Assembly (NCBI GenBank): GCA_046563655.1
Contig: CM102283.1
Coordinates: 3,906,001 to 3,970,000, forward strand
Source of the DNA: Yuukianura sp. NJ FZ-2021
Taxonomy: Eukaryota
Direction of reading: 5' to 3'
DNA length: 64,000 bases
Each line of letters starts with the position of its first letter. The stretch's first letter is position 1. The notes below the pieces were generated by a model, which worked only from the letters and a program-made list of their open reading frames with translations, made no database searches and was not told the DNA's origin. A program made the position numbers and the translations under genes. Positions 61,879 through 64,000 of this stretch are shown one piece after another.

Positions 61879-63194
61879 TCATTTCAAATGATACTCTTCA
61901 GGACGAAGTTTCACAATCTTAGCAGTGGCTTCCCACAGTCCTTTCGCCAAGTCTGCATCTTCAGCCAACTTGCTTGGCGCAGTTTTCTACAAGTGAGAAA
62001 AAACAATCTTAATATCCCACCCAACTGAAACTCATTTCTTATTAAAAGGAGGAAATAATTAAGAATTCACCTTGCAGTCAGTCCAATAAAATCCACTTTC
62101 TCCATCCACCTCCTCAGACACACACAAATGAATGCTCGGCTGAGCTCCCTCGGCCGGAGTCTACACAAACACAAATTAAGGAACAACCTTCATTAAAAGA
62201 TAAAATGGGGGAATAAAGTTACCTTGAAGAAGAATTGAGAGATCATGATCATGTACTTGAAGGCTTTGCGAGCATGTCTGAAGATGGCTGTTCTAACTCC
62301 ACCAGGATTCACAGCATTGGCAGTGATTCCTTCCAGCCCGGCTTCTCGGAGTCTGCGTGCCAACTCCTTCATGAACAGAATGTTGCACAGTTTGGCTTTT
62401 GCGTAGATCAGCTTCGGATCCCACTTCTTCTCAGAGTTCAAATTGTCCAAGTCAAGCGTCTTTGTCCAAGTGTGAGCCACCGAAGACACAGAAATGACAC
62501 GGGCTTTCCCAGTCTTTTTCATCAAACCTAAACGAAACAATACGAGATTATTGCTATTCTGTGAACAAGTCAAAAGATAGAGTACCAAGTAGGATGTTGG
62601 TGAGCAGAAATGGTCCAAAGTGGTTCGTTGCAAATTGAACTTCCAGCCCCTCGTCGCTGATTGTCTTTCGGATCCCCGCGATTCCAGCATTGTTGACCAA
62701 AATATCCAGTCGAGTTTCCTCTTTGAGAATTTCATCACAGAATTTGCGAACGGAGGCAAGGGAACTGACATCCAGAGCCTTCGGAATGACCTTGTTGCTC
62801 CCAGTCTGCAGTCGAATTGCATCTGTTTCATCAAACAAAGAATTAAAAGTTGTTAATAGATGAAATAAGGATAAGTTTTACCAGCAGCCTCTTCAGCTTT
62901 GGTCATGTCACGACAAGCCAGGATTACTTTGGCCCCACGTCGAACCAGTTCCTTGGCCGTCTCGAATCCGATACCTACCAAGATGAGAAATATTTAGTGA
63001 ATGCAAGTATGAAACTAATTTATAAGCTGAGTTGTACCGGAGTTGGCTCCGGTGATGATTGCCACTTGTCCATCCACTCTCCTCTTGCTCTTGCAAACTC
63101 CAGCCACCATTTTGAAATAGGCCTTCACTCCCAGGATCACAGCGACAATGCCCAGTGCTATGTACACCAAACAACAACAGCCACACGACCACAT
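61879..63194 (-). CDS. Retinol dehydrogenase 11/12/14-like short-chain dehydrogenase, multi-exon
   Basis: N-terminal TM anchor; GQVAIITGANSGIGFETAKEL, LDILVNNAG, QFATNHFGPFLLT, YAKAK catalytic motif, ANAVNPGGVRT, LWEATAKIV. Confidence 0.9.
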
Positions 63195-63799
63195 CTTCAA
63201 TGGACGGAAGTATTTAGTCCGCAACTCTGAAACAAAATGGATTGTTAGTCAAGTGACAAGTACTTCCATCAACTAATTTACCTTTGGACACTTACCAAAT
63301 GAAGTTCGTGTACAATCAGTCAATTGGGAATGAATGACACGCAGTGGCACTGTGTTCCCCCGGCCGATGACACTTCAAAACTAAGTAGATCCAAAGTCCA
63401 AAGTCAGATGAGATGATCACGCTGGGAGTCAGAAGCCTCAGGGAGGCAATTTTCACACGCTTGTTATCCCAAGTTGCGAAATTGTTGCGAATTTTTCACA
63501 CATTTGACATTTGAGAATTCAGATTCTGCAAAAAGAAAAAAAAAGTTAAAGTTGATTTGTTAAATTTTACATTTTCAAAATAATTCCCGCCATTGTGTCT
63601 CACGTTCCTGTTCGCCAAGTCCTAATCCTCAGATAACTTTGTCACCAATTTCATCGCAACTCAGAAAATTAGACTCCAATTCAACTTCTACTTGAGACAA
63701 AGTGCGGCAACTCATTTTGAAAAAAAGTAAACAAAATTTAGTTCAGTAAGTTTTGTTAAAAATTTAATTTAAAATTAAATTCTGCTTACCATGAATCGA

Positions 63800-64000
63800 T
63801 TAGTTTTCTGTCCACTTCCGATTCCAATCGTCACACTCTGATTGAGAATCCAGCACTTCAAAAGATTCCGTTTTTCCAGTCACGACGTTCATCATGTCTA
63901 CACGGTGGTAAGTGACACAATTTTGAGCTGCAAAGTTGTGATTGTTAATTGATTTGTTGATGTTGCAGGTATCCGCTGTTCCAGCTCGGAAATCCACAAC
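63800..64000 (-). CDS. Possible 3' end of an unidentified gene running in from the window edge
   Basis: Frame is open from the edge to the stop at 63800 (...VTGKTESFEVLDSQSECDDWNRKWTEN); no family recognised. Confidence 0.35.
   Translation of the reverse strand, partial: VVDFRAGTADTCNINKSINNHNFAAQNCVTYHRVDMMNVVTGKTESFEVLDSQSECDDWNRKWTEN

Overview
Compact, AT-rich animal genomic DNA with short introns (mostly 55-100 bp), probably an arthropod (pancrustacean, inferred from the NPF gene structure). It is not prokaryotic and has no CRISPR array. The first 47 kb is a dense housekeeping block, largely alternating head-to-head and tail-to-tail: DNAJB12/14, HERC4, ACBD6, METTL6, a C1orf198 homolog, DNAJC17, DHODH, PLRG1, RAD50, scribble, DLAT, PRPF6 and two tandem DHRS4 copies. 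The last 17 kb is more dynamic. It holds a frameshifted partial NDUFA2 duplicate, a 2.97-kb non-autonomous element with AGTAGT termini, ~110-bp TIRs, a 5-bp TSD and three satellite arrays (Polinton/Maverick-like), and the intact NDUFA2. It also holds an uncharacterised gene with a Gln/Cys...Asp-Ser-His motif set resembling herpes-tegument-like deubiquitinases, a neuropeptide F gene with a cassette exon and probable GC-AG introns, and an RDH11/12-like SDR. A hAT-type MITE and a (GAAT)n foldback lie in intergenic DNA. Exon joins were inferred by eye, and CDS coordinates give the full start-to-stop span including introns.
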